NCBI GenBank assembly: GCA_963668645.2 | Contig: CAXXWC010000001.1 | Location: forward strand, 160,001 to 224,000 | DNA from: Desulfobacterales bacterium | Lineage (GTDB): Bacteria > Desulfobacterota > Desulfobacteria > Desulfobacterales > UBA2174 | Length of the DNA stretch: 64,000 nt | Direction of reading: 5' to 3' | Translations under genes and position numbers: made by a program | The notes under the pieces: model-generated | Told to the model about the DNA's origin: nothing | The model's input: the letters and a program-made list of their open reading frames with translations, nothing else | Database searches by the model: none | Shown here: positions 31,263 through 41,413 of the stretch, in pieces | Layout: the number at the start of each line of letters is the position of its first letter | Numbering within the stretch: position 1 is the first letter of the stretch

Positions 31263-32843
31263 CTAATAGGCACTCGAATCGGGACGCCAGCTTTTCCGGC
31301 CATAGGCGATCCCGAGTCTGTTCATGCGTTTGCGCAGCGTACTCGGGTTGATTCGCAAAATCTGTGCCGCCCCACCCGGTCCGTGAATCTTGCCCCCGGC
31401 TTTCTCCAAAGCCCGCCGGATATACCGGGCGTTCATCTCATCCAGCGACACGAAAGGTGCATCCGGGCCCTGATCCCGGCTTTGCCCCTGGGCCACCTTG
31501 TCCGGCGCCGCCATGGGAAGGAGCGCTTCGAACGAGAGCCGGTCCCCTGCACGGTGCTGTATGAGGGCCCGCTCGACGGTGTTTTCCAGTTCCCGCACGT
31601 TGCCCGGCCAGTGGTAGCCGATGAGCCTGTCGATAGCATCGGCGGCCAGTTTCGGTTGCTGGCCGAGCTTGAGTTCCATGGACTTGCGCTGGACGAAGTG
31701 ATGCACCAGGGATGCGATATCGCCTTTTCTCTGTCTCAGCGGCGGGATCATGATGGGAAACACATTGAGGCGGAACCAGAGGTCTTCCCGGAATTGCCCG
31801 GATACGACCATCTGTTGCAGATTCCTGTGCGTGGCCGATACAATCCGGATGTCCACCGGTATGGAGCGGGTTCCCCCGACGCGCTCGATCTCTTTTCTTT
31901 GCAGGACGTGCAGCAATCTCACCTGAGCCGGGGCCGGAAGCTCTCCGATTTCGTCAAGAAAGATGGTCCCTTTGTCGGCCCGCTCAAAACGCCCCCGCTT
32001 CTGACCAAGGGCGCCGGTGAAAGCCCCCTTCTCGTGGCCGAACAGCTCGCTGTCGAGAAGCGTCTCGGGAATGGCGCCGCAGTTGACCTTGATAAACGGC
32101 CCGTTTTTGCGGGGCGAAAAGCTGTGGATCGCATTGGCGATGAGCTCTTTTCCCGTACCGGTTTCACCGAGCAGGAGCACCGGGCTGTCAAGGGGGGCCA
32201 CCTGCTCGACCATGCTCATGACCATGCCCAGGCCGAAATCGGCGCCAACGATTTCATCCCCCGAAACCGAACGCAGCTCATCCCGCAGGTACCGGTTGTC
32301 ATCGGCCAGCATCTGCTTGAATCGGATGACCTCCTGGTATTGCAGCGCATTGGCCATGGCAATGGACATCGGATCGCGCAGCAGTCGAAGCAGCCGGGCA
32401 TGTTCATCGGTATATTGATTCACCCCGTGTGCAAACAATCCCAGGTTCCCGATTCGGTTACCTTCGAGTTCCAGGAGCATGCTCATATATGAGATATCCT
32501 CTTTAAGGCCGAGCCGTTCGAGTATCTGCGGGCTTACCTTGTTCGGATCAGGCTGGTTCACGATTCGGATGACCTGGCCGGCTCTCCAGAAGGCCGCCCC
32601 TTCGCGCCGCCCTTTTGCGGGCAGATGCAGAATTTGCTCGCCGCCTTCCGGCAGGCCAGCGCCGGCGACTGCCACAAACCGCAGAACATTTTGTTCAAAA
32701 TCCAGCAGATGCAGACTCATCTGCATCACCGGAATGAAAAGCCGGATGTATTCGTAGCAGCGTTTCAGACCCGCTTCGATATCGAGGCTGCTGCACAGGC
32801 GCAAGGTCGCTTCGCGAAAAAAAAGGTTCTGATCTACGCCCAC
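31263..32843 (-). CDS. Sigma54-dependent activator (GAF-AAA+-HTH)
   Basis: LLLGETGTGKE, intact GAFTGA, FLDEIGE, WPGNVRELEN, C-terminal HTH; GTG 32843 follows GGGAGG. Confidence 0.93.
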   Translation of the reverse strand: MGVDQNLFFREATLRLCSSLDIEAGLKRCYEYIRLFIPVMQMSLHLLDFEQNVLRFVAVAGAGLPEGGEQILHLPAKGRREGAAFWRAGQVIRIVNQPDPNKVSPQILERLGLKEDISYMSMLLELEGNRIGNLGLFAHGVNQYTDEHARLLRLLRDPMSIAMANALQYQEVIRFKQMLADDNRYLRDELRSVSGDEIVGADFGLGMVMSMVEQVAPLDSPVLLLGETGTGKELIANAIHSFSPRKNGPFIKVNCGAIPETLLDSELFGHEKGAFTGALGQKRGRFERADKGTIFLDEIGELPAPAQVRLLHVLQRKEIERVGGTRSIPVDIRIVSATHRNLQQMVVSGQFREDLWFRLNVFPIMIPPLRQRKGDIASLVHHFVQRKSMELKLGQQPKLAADAIDRLIGYHWPGNVRELENTVERALIQHRAGDRLSFEALLPMAAPDKVAQGQSRDQGPDAPFVSLDEMNARYIRRALEKAGGKIHGPGGAAQILRINPSTLRKRMNRLGIAYGRKSWRPDSSAY

Positions 32844-32893
32844 CGTCTTTCCTCCCCTGCGCCATTTTCCCCATGACAAGACTCGCCGGTTTT

Positions 32894-32949
32894 TCGTACC
32901 ATAGCGCATAATCGTCCCATGGCGCAATTTATTTCGCCCCACAGGACGA
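32894..32949. promoter_or_regulatory. Candidate upstream activator sequences (three related boxes)
   Basis: TCGTACCATAGCGCA (32894), TCGTCCCATGGCGCA (32912), TCGCCCCACAGGACGA (32934), upstream of the -24/-12 site. Confidence 0.5.
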
Positions 32950-33011
32950 AATCCCCCTCCCCTGGATGATCGCCTTTTGATAACACACTGAAAGTATATC
33001 ATAAAATCACC

Positions 33012-33026
33012 TGGCACGCCTGTTGC
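33012..33026 (+). promoter_or_regulatory. Sigma54 -24/-12 promoter
   Basis: TGGCACG-cctg-TTGC, exact consensus, divergent from a GAFTGA activator gene. Confidence 0.88.
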
Positions 33027-33057
33027 CAAGCCATGGGAAACGCGAAGGAGAATCACC

Positions 33058-33345
33058 ATGAAATGGATTGAAATCATCACGACCCGTTCCCCTGAAAAAA
33101 CAAACAGGCAACTGGCCGATGAACTCTTGCGCCAGCTTATCCGGCACAAGCAGTCGGGACTGGCCGCCTCGATAAGGGTTTATCGCTGCCCGGCGGTGGG
33201 CACGGATTTGAGTATTCACATCCATTGGGAAACAGAGATGCAAGATCCGTGCAAAAGCCCTCTTGGGCAACAGCTTTCATATGCGCTCAAGCAACTGGGG
33301 CTGCTCAGTTATTCCATTTGGGTGGAAACCGCGGCCGTGGAATGA
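33058..33345 (+). CDS. Small hypothetical protein (95 aa), first gene of the sigma54 operon
   Basis: AAGGAG RBS, ATG 31 nt after the -12 box. Confidence 0.75.
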   Translation: MKWIEIITTRSPEKTNRQLADELLRQLIRHKQSGLAASIRVYRCPAVGTDLSIHIHWETEMQDPCKSPLGQQLSYALKQLGLLSYSIWVETAAVE

Positions 33346-33420
33346 TCTTCGGTGAACCCACCCATGCAACCATGAGGACAGAGGCGCTCAACTTTGGGTT
33401 CGGACAATAGGAGTGGCGTA

Positions 33421-34554
33421 ATGCGATCCACATTAACGGTCTTTTATTTTCTGGCTTTCCTGTTGCTGGTTTCCTGCTCTCAGGACAAAGGCGGTTCGCC
33501 GCCCGCCGACGATGCGATACCGGTCAAAACGGGAAAGGTGCACCACGTGCAACAGCGTGAATTCGTATCGGTGAGCGGCACGGTGACATCGCCGGACGCT
33601 CCGGTGTGGGTTTCCTTTCTGGTCTCGGGGAAAGTGATTCGCGTGATGCCGCGGGAGGGCGATTCCGTGGAAAAGGGGCAACTCTTGGCGGCCATCGACC
33701 CCATCGACTACACGCTGGCGTTTCAGGCCGCCTCCGCCCAGGTCGAACAGGCCAAAGTCGCCCTCGATCGCAGCAGGGACGAATACGCCCGGATGGAATT
33801 CCTCTATCTGTCCAGGAGCCTGGCGGAAAATGATTTTGAAAAATTCAAGGCAGCCCGGTTGGGCGCCAAACATCAGGCCGATCAGGCCATCGCAAATCAA
33901 AAGCTTGCCCGAAAGCGCCTGGGCGACGTGTCGCTTTACGCCCCGACCGACGGCTATATTTCAAGGCGGTCCATCGAACCGGGCCAGAGCGCAGGCCCCG
34001 GGGCCCCGGTTTTCGAAATCGTGAAGCTCGATCCGGTGGAGATCAACGTCGGCGTGCCGGAGACCGACATCCACCTTGTCAGGGTCGGAGATACGGCAAC
34101 GGTCACGATCCCGGCTCTGCGGGCGGCGCTGTTCGAGGGCAAGGTGCGGGTCATCAACGTATCGGCAGACCCCAATACCCGGACCTACATGACCCGGATT
34201 ACGGTGCCCAATCCCGCCCATATCCTCCTGATCGGAATGGTTGCCGAGGCCAGGATTTACGGAGACCGGATGGTGGACCGGATGACCCTTCCGGCCGAGG
34301 CCATCTTACAGGACCCCCAGGGGGCGACGATCGTTTTCGTACACTACCCCGAGCAGGGGCGCGTCTATGCCAGGCGGGTCGTGACGGGATCCGCCTACGG
34401 CCGGGAAATTGCGATCAAAAGCGGCCTTTCAGGAGATGAGGCCGTGGTTTTTGCCGGCCAGGGAAAGCTCCGGGACGGAGCCATCGTCTCGCTGGTGGAT
34501 GGAACCGCTGCCGGGCAGCCCCAGAACCGGCCTGAAGAAAAAGAGGTGCGGTGA
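33421..34554 (+). CDS. RND efflux membrane-fusion (periplasmic adaptor) lipoprotein
   Basis: Lipobox LLVSC, SGKV..REGDSVEKGQLLA, APTDGYI, ADPNTRTY, LLIGMVA. Confidence 0.92.
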   Translation: MRSTLTVFYFLAFLLLVSCSQDKGGSPPADDAIPVKTGKVHHVQQREFVSVSGTVTSPDAPVWVSFLVSGKVIRVMPREGDSVEKGQLLAAIDPIDYTLAFQAASAQVEQAKVALDRSRDEYARMEFLYLSRSLAENDFEKFKAARLGAKHQADQAIANQKLARKRLGDVSLYAPTDGYISRRSIEPGQSAGPGAPVFEIVKLDPVEINVGVPETDIHLVRVGDTATVTIPALRAALFEGKVRVINVSADPNTRTYMTRITVPNPAHILLIGMVAEARIYGDRMVDRMTLPAEAILQDPQGATIVFVHYPEQGRVYARRVVTGSAYGREIAIKSGLSGDEAVVFAGQGKLRDGAIVSLVDGTAAGQPQNRPEEKEVR

Positions 34555-37500
34555 TGGACCCGGTAAAGTTTTCTCTTCGTTATCCGTCAGTTACGCTGAT
34601 CCTTACCGCCATGGTGGTGGCGGTCGGACTCTATTCCTTTTTCAACATGCCACGCACGGAAGACCCGACCATCACCATTCGCACCGGCCTGGTCATCGCC
34701 CTCTATCCGGGCGCGACTTCCGAGCAGGTCGAAAAGCAGGTCACCAAAACCATCGAAAAACACATCTTCAAATTTCCGGAGATCCGCAAGGAGAAAACCT
34801 ATTCAACCAGCCGCCCCGGCCTGGTCATCATCAGCGTGGAACTTGAAAATGACGTCAAAGACGCCGACATCGTCTGGGCCAAGATCCGCCACGAGATGAA
34901 CGAGGCCCGTGCCCTCGATCTGCCCGAGGGGTCCGCGGCCCCATCGTGAACTCGGATTTCGGCGACACCGTGGCAATGTTGCTGGCGATCCACGGCAAAC
35001 GCTATGGCTACCGCGAGTTGCGTGACTACGTGGACACGATCCAGGACGAGCTGCGCACGATTCGTGAAGTGGGCAAACTGGCCATGTACGGCGAGCAGCA
35101 GGAACAGATCTGGATAACGAGCGACTTGGAGCGGTTGTCGCAGTATTTCGCCGACCCGTTTAACGTGTTCCAGGCCCTGAGGCAGCGCAATGTAATAGAA
35201 AGCGCCGGCCATTTCGAGGCCGACCGGACGAAGCTTCCCCTGCACACCACCGGGCTGTTCAATGCCGAAAAAGACATCGAAAATGTGCTCGTGGACGTCT
35301 CGCGAACCGGGCAGCCGGTCTACATCCGCGATTTTGCCGAAGTGCAGCGGCGATACCAGGACCCGATCTTCATGGTGCGCTATGACGGCAGACCGTGCCT
35401 GCTGTTGTCCGTTGAAATGCAGAAGGGCAAAAATATCGTCGAACTCGGGGAAAGTATCCGCGACACCTTCAACCGCCTCAACGCCCTGCTGCCGCCGGAC
35501 GTGCAGGTCGATCTGATCGCGGACCAGCCCACGGTGGTCAAGGAGCGCATCACCCATCTGAGCCAAGAATTCATGCTGGCCATCGCATCGGTCGTGCTCG
35601 TCACCATAATCCTGCTGCCCATCCGGGTGGCGGTGATCGCGGCGCTGGCGATCCCGATAAGCATACTGATGACCCTCGGGGCCATGAACGCCATCGGTGT
35701 AGCGCTGCATCAGGTCTCCATCGCGGCACTCATCGTGGTGCTCGGAATCGTCGTGGACAATGCAATCGTGATTGTCGACAACTACGTCGATCTTCTCGAC
35801 CGCAAGGTCCCGCGGCAGGAGGCGGCCTGGCGCTGTGTTGCCGAAGTCATCGTTCCGGTCCTTACCGCAACCGCCACCATCATCTTTTCTTTCCTGCCGT
35901 TGCTGATTCTTACCGGATCGGCCGGCGAGTTCATCTGGGCACTTCCCATAACCGTGGCCATCGCCCTGGTGGTGTCGACCATCGTGGCCGTCATGCCGAC
36001 GCCGATCTTCTGCCGTTTCTTCGTCAAAAAGGGGCTCCACGACAACGAAAACGGCAGCGCCACCCCGGGCAAGGAAAAATTCAACTTCCTGAACTTTCTC
36101 CAGTCCGGTTACAGGGTGGCGATCGCCTTTTTCATGCGCCACAAGCTCCCGGCCATGGCCATGGGCGCAGGCGCCATCGTGATTGGGCTGGTCCTTTTCA
36201 GATCCGTGCCGCAACAGTTTTTCCCGTCGGCCGAGCGCAACCAACTCGTCATCGACGTCTGGATGGCCCAGGGCACGCGCATCGAGGAGACGGACGCGGT
36301 GATGCGCCGGATGGAAGCGTACATGCAGGCAAGAAAGGAAATTGCGCACTTTGCCGCCTTTATCGGCCAGAGTGCACCGCGGTTTTACTACAACGTCAAC
36401 CCCCAGCAACCGGATGCCGCCTACGGACAGTTCATCGTCAACACCCATTCGGCAAACCAGACCCCGGCATTGGTGACCGATCTGCGCAGGTCCTTTGCAT
36501 CGCTGGCCCCCGAAGCGCTGGTCATCGTGAAGGAACTGCAGCAGGGAATGTCATTGGAGGCCCCTGTCGAGGTGCGCATCGTGGGCGAAGACATCCGGGA
36601 ACTGAAACGCATCGGTGCCCAGGTGGAAGGGCTGCTCGTTCAGGTCCCCTTTTCGCTTTTCGTTCACCGCGACTATTTCAACGAATCTTGCATGCTGGAC
36701 GTAAACGTCGACGAGGAACTTGCGAACCGGCTCGGGGTCACCCACGCTTTGATATCCAAGCAAGTGGACGGCGCATTCAACGGACTGCCGGTGAGCACGT
36801 TCTGGGAAGGCGACCGGGCGGTGACCATCCTACTGCGTCTGGCCCAGACCTCCCGTTCCTCTTTCAGCGATGTGGGCGATGCCTACATCAGTTCTCAGTT
36901 GACCCGTGCCAGAGTGCCGCTGCGGGCCGTCTCCACGCTGGCGCCGCAATGGCAGACCAGCCGGATCGTGCGCCGCAACGGCGTCAAAACCCTGACGGTT
37001 CGCGCCTTCGTGGACAGCGGCCACTATGCATCGGAATTGATCGAGACGGTCCGGCCAGACATTGAAAAACTGCCCCTCCCGCCGGGGTACAGGATCGATT
37101 ACGGCGGCGACAAACTCAACAGCGACGAGACATTGCCCGAGATGCTGACGGCGCTGGGCATAAGCCTGGTCGCCATTTTCCTCACCCTGCTGATCCAGTT
37201 CAGGCAAGTATCGACGGCCCTGATCGTCATGTCCTCGATTCCCCTTGCGCTGCCCGGTGCCGTCCTGGGACTGATCGTTACCAGTAATCCGTTCGGGTTC
37301 ACCGCTTTCATGGGACTGATCAGCCTGTGCGGGATCGTGGTGCGCAACGCCATCATTCTCATCGACTACATCAATGAGAAGATGCGCCAGGGACAAACCC
37401 TGCAACAGGCGGCGACGGAGGCGGGCGAGCGCCGCCTGCGGCCGATCTTTCTAACAACCATGGCCGCCGCCGCGGGGGTGTTGCCCATGATCCTTTCCGG

Positions 37501-37913
37501 GTCGAGTTTGTGGAGTCCGTTGGCCAGCGTTATCGCCGTCGGGCTGATCTGGTCCATGTTCATCACCCTGCTCGTGGTTCCGGTGTTGTTCGTCATCGTC
37601 AAGTCGCGCATGTCCAAGGCATCTTCCGCGGCGTTGACGGCGATGCTCGTCGTGGGGTTGTTGCTCACGGTGAATCCGGTCGTGGCTGAGGCCCGGGACC
37701 TCACCCTGCCCGAGGCGATCGAGCTGGCCCTGAAAGAAAATTCGGCGATAAAAATCGCCCGCTTCAAAGTGGACGAAAAGGCAAAGCGGGTCGCTTCCAC
37801 AACCGCGGACTACTATCCGCACCTGTCCAACGAATCCCGCTATATCGGGATTTCCGACCAGCAGCTCATCTCCATTCCGGCCGGCGCGCTGGGAAACGTC
37901 CCCGGTCTGGGGC
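34554..37913 (+). pseudogene. RND permease (AcrB/AcrD/AcrF-like) fused to the start of a TolC-like domain; 1-nt frameshift at 34928-34931, then IS interruption
   Basis: PRTEDP, YPGATSEQVE, GIVVDNAIVIVDN, GIVVRNAIILID, RRLRPIFLTT; adding one G restores LPEGVRGPIVNSDFGD; frame continues into LTLPEAIELALKEN. Confidence 0.9.
37904..37913 (+). repeat. Left 10-bp target-site duplication GGTCTGGGGC
   Basis: Identical copy at 39836-39845. Confidence 0.92.
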
Positions 37914-39835
37914 CATGATGATTTCGTGCTGATTCGATAAGCCATTAAACTCCAAGTGGTTATCAAAACATCTGGACAACCCCTTGATATTCAGCTATAT
38001 AGCTCCCCGGCAGGTCATCTTTCGTTAATGGGGGGCGATGTGTTGTATCTCAAACAAGTCGTTGTTCGGTTAGTTCGCCGGAATCAAGATCAGCGCTTCC
38101 AGAGCTTGATGCACCGGCATCATTACTTGGGCGCCTTGCCCAAAATCGGTGAAACCCTGCGATATGCGGCCTGTATCGGTGATCAATGGGTCGGCTTGGT
38201 CAGCTTTTCCGCTCCCGCCCTCAAATGTGCTGCTCGCGATCAGTGGATCGGTTGGCCCTTTAACCATCAGTTCGATCGGCTCAATTTGTTGACCAACAAC
38301 AGCCGTTTTCTGATCCTGCCCGACTGGCATCTGCCAAACCTGGCCTCGCGCATTCTGGCCTTGTGCCGAAAAAGACTGCCCGCCGACTGGCAAGCCGCTT
38401 TCGGACATCCCGTGCTGTTGCTCGAAACCTTCGTCGATCCCGCGCGCTTCAAGGGAACCATCTATAAAGCCGACAACTGGACTGCGGTCGGAAACTCCAA
38501 AGGTTTTCATCGGCACGCCAAAGGATACAGCGACACGGCCGACTCACCCAAAATGGTTTTTGTCAAACCGTTGCGCCCCGATGCGCAAACCCTCTTGTCA
38601 CAGACCATGCTGCCACCGCTTTATCAAACAGGAGATCCTAAAATCATGCTGCCGGCTCAACACATGCAATCTTTGCCCCGATTTTTCGCCGACATCCCCG
38701 ATCCGCGACGTCCCCAAGGCCGACGCCATCGTCTGGCAACCGTTTTGGCCATCGCCGCCGCAGCAACCCTGTGTGGCATGCGCGGCTACCAGGCCATCTC
38801 CGATTGGGCCAACAGCCTCGGACAAAAAGCACGCCGGCGCTTCCAATGCCGCTACCGAAACGGCCACTACAGCGTGCCGAGTCTGTCGATCATCCGCGAT
38901 GTGCTCATCCGGGTCGATCCGGCACGCCTCGACGACGCCCTGCAAAAATGGAACAGCATCCACGCCGGCTGCGACCAATGCCTGGCCATCGATGGCAAAA
39001 CCATGTGCAACGCCATTGACGATCAAGGCTATCAGACCCACATCATGAGCGTTGTCGGCCATACCACCAGTGCCTGCTACACCCAAAAAAAGTCGGCAAC
39101 CTGGCCGTAGACGACCAAAAGGTCAAGCGCACCAACGAAATCAAGACCGCCCAGCCCCTGCTCGATGCCATCAAGATCGAAAACAAAGACATCACCGCCG
39201 ATGCCCTGCTGACACAGAGAAAGTTCGCCGAATACATCGTCGAGCAGCGCGGCGCCCACTACCACTTCACCGTCAAAAACAACCAGCCCGGACTGTTCGA
39301 CGACATCGGTCTGTACTTCAAAGACCGCGGCCAACCCGATTTCATCCTTTGCGACCCGCCCGACCACGGCCGCATCGAAGAGCGCAAGATCTGGACCACC
39401 ACCGAACTCAACGAGTTTCTCGACTTTCCTCACGTCCAACAAGCTTTTGTCATCGAACGCCGATGCACGGACAAAAAAAGCGGCAAACAATCATTTGAGA
39501 TTGCTTACGGTATCACCAGTAGACCTGCCGAGCAGGCCGACGCCCGATGCCTACTGGCCATAAACCGCGGCCATTGGTGCATCGAAAACAAATGCCATTA
39601 CATCATCGACTGGAACTTCGACGAAGACCGCAGCCGTATCCGCAAAGGCCACGGGCCTGAAAATATCACCCGGTTGCGCCGTTTTGCCGTAAGCGCAATT
39701 AAATCCAAAGGTGTGCGCAGCGTGGCGCAAAAAATGCGCCAACTGGCTCGCAACGTCCGCTTGGTCTTCGACTATCTGGCCATGACTGACAACTGCCGGC
39801 CGACCGCAACACGGGCATAGAACAAATTCACCGTG
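37914..39835 (+). mobile_element. ISAs1-family insertion sequence (1922 bp) encoding a DUF4338-transposase fusion
   Basis: 10-bp TSD; imperfect terminal IRs CATGATGATTTCGTGCT vs CACGGTGAATTTGTTCT (12/17); removal restores an in-frame host ORF. Confidence 0.92.
38028..39820 (+). CDS. DUF4338 (DruA-like) domain + ISAs1 DDE transposase joined by a -1 frameshift at A7G 39085-39092
   Basis: Frame 0: HHYLG, ARDQWIGW, NNSRFLILP, LLETFVD, YKADNW, IPDPRRPQGRRH, IDGKT; frame -1: TNEI, TADAL, VKNNQP, HGRIEER, RGHWCIEN, FDEDRSRIR, stop TAG 39818-39820; start uncertain. Confidence 0.88.
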
Positions 39836-39845
39836 GGTCTGGGGC
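39836..39845 (+). repeat. Right 10-bp target-site duplication GGTCTGGGGC
   Basis: Identical copy at 37904-37913. Confidence 0.92.
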
Positions 39846-40954
39846 AGTTTCCGGTTGAGAAAACCACCATCGACCAGGGATCATCGACGCTTTTGCTCAG
39901 TGTTACGACGCTTCGTCAACCGCTGACGCAGCTCATCAAGATTCACCATGCCGCGGAAATCGCGCGCTACGACCGGAAAATGGCCAGGGCCGAGGCCAGG
40001 CAGACGGAAAATGACGTCATCCTTGCCGTTCACCAGCTCTATTACGGTCTTCTGGCGGCCGGAAAACAAAAGGAGGCGGCCCAGGCCGGCCTGGCAGCGG
40101 CCCTGGAACTCCTGCGCGATGCCGAAAACGCGGTCCGTTGCGGAGCCGCCCTTGAAGTGCGCCGCAACGAGGCCCTTACGGCCGTTCTGCAAAACAGGCA
40201 GTCGCTCATCGCGGCGGATATCCAGATCGCGGACGTCAATTGTGCCCTGAACGAAGTTCTGGGGCTGTCACTGGATACGGAGCTTGAACTTTCCGACCCC
40301 GGCCCGCCGGGCGGCGTGATTGAATCGTGTGAGCACTACCTTCAGGCGGCCCTTGACGGCAATCCTGAACTCGAAGCCGCCAAAGCCGCTGTGGTCAAGG
40401 CGCGCAACGGCGTAAAAGCGGCCTATGACGAATACATTCCGGATGCCGGTCTTTTTGCCAGCTATGCGTACCAGGACGGGGCGCCGTTTCTTACCAGCGA
40501 TGTCAGCACGTTCGGAATCATGATGAGCTGGAATATCTGGGACACGGGCAAACGCCGCGCCGTGGTCGGTGAGCGCAGGGCCCGTCTTTCCCAGGCCGAG
40601 GAAAACCTCCGGAGGATCAGCGATCATGTGACTGTCGAAGTGGGAAAGGCCTACCGGAAGCTTGAGCGCACAAAGAGCATGATCGACGTTGCCAAAGAGG
40701 CGCTCGCCCTCCAGCAGGAAAGACTGCGCCTGATTTCAAACCAGTTCAAAGCCGCCACCACCAGTCTTTCTAAATACAACGAAGCCGTCGCGGCGGCCAA
40801 AAAGACTGAATCGGACGAACTTCAGGCACGCCTGGGCTACTGCCTTGCCATGGCCGAACTCAATCGCATTGTGGGAAAAGGCGCAATTTCGTGCCCCAGC
40901 AGCGATTCCGACGCAAAAAAGCCCCTCGGCGGCACCCGAAGGGCTTCTTATTGA
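39846..40954 (+). pseudogene. C-terminal part of the TolC-like outer membrane factor domain, cut off by the IS
   Basis: LRQPL, AVHQLYYGLL, ALDGNPEL, YIPD, SWNIWDTG, V..AY OEP-type repeats; the track GTG start at 39833 lies in the IS end. Confidence 0.88.
40915..40949 (-). terminator. Intrinsic terminator downstream of the tRNA fragment
   Basis: Minus strand AAGCCCTTCGG-gtgccg-CCGAGGGGCTT running into a T tract. Confidence 0.6.
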
Positions 40955-40980
40955 TCCACTGGTTTACTGTGATTTCTTGC

Positions 40981-41009
40981 TGGTGCTGGAGGTGAGAATC
41001 GAACTCACA
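40981..41009 (-). other. tRNA 3' fragment (T-arm + acceptor 3' strand + CCA), probable att-site remnant, possibly tRNA-Leu
   Basis: Minus strand T-GTGAG-TTCGATT-CTCAC-CTCCAGC-A-CCA; no matching 5' half upstream. Confidence 0.8.
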
Positions 41010-41262
41010 GGATATCGAACAGGCCCACAAGAAACTGACAACAGAATCAGATTGATCGCGGTGAAAAACCGCTTCTCAAGGCTGGAGGGTATGAATCCGG
41101 GACGCTCACAGATCCTGGTCATGGCGAAGCATTTACCAGGCTGGAAAGTAGTCAGTACCAAAATCCGATTAAATGCCTGAGCCTATCGTGACGGAAAATA
41201 GACTGTAGGCCTCCAAATTCCGGTTTCCCGCCGAAGGCGTTGTCCAAAGCCGCAATTATTGT

Positions 41263-41291
41263 TTGAACCATCCTCACCATTCTGCTATAGC
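41263..41291 (+). promoter_or_regulatory. Putative sigma70 promoter of the CBS gene
   Basis: TTGAAC-N17-TATAGC with extended -10 TG. Confidence 0.4.
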
Positions 41292-41413
41292 GATCCTGTC
41301 CCGATCCCCCCAAAAACAGGTTGCGACAAGACGTCCCCCACGTCCACCGATCCGGCCCACGCGCCAGCCGGCATGCCCATGCCGTAAACGCCGGCCCTAC
41401 TTATGGAGGTGTC

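Noticed and set aside
32844..33149. Extended N-terminus of the sigma54 activator (628 aa)
   Set aside because: Would span the -24/-12 promoter and overlap the divergent gene; the RBS supports GTG 32843
34947..34949. TGA in the RND gene as selenocysteine or read-through
   Set aside because: The permease continues in another frame, so this is a frameshift
39833..40954. Independent tolC gene starting at GTG 39833
   Set aside because: The GTG is in the IS terminal repeat; the N-terminal OMF part lies before the IS
40981..41070. Complete tRNA gene
   Set aside because: No D-arm, anticodon arm or 5' acceptor strand (GCTGGAG on the minus strand) at the expected distance
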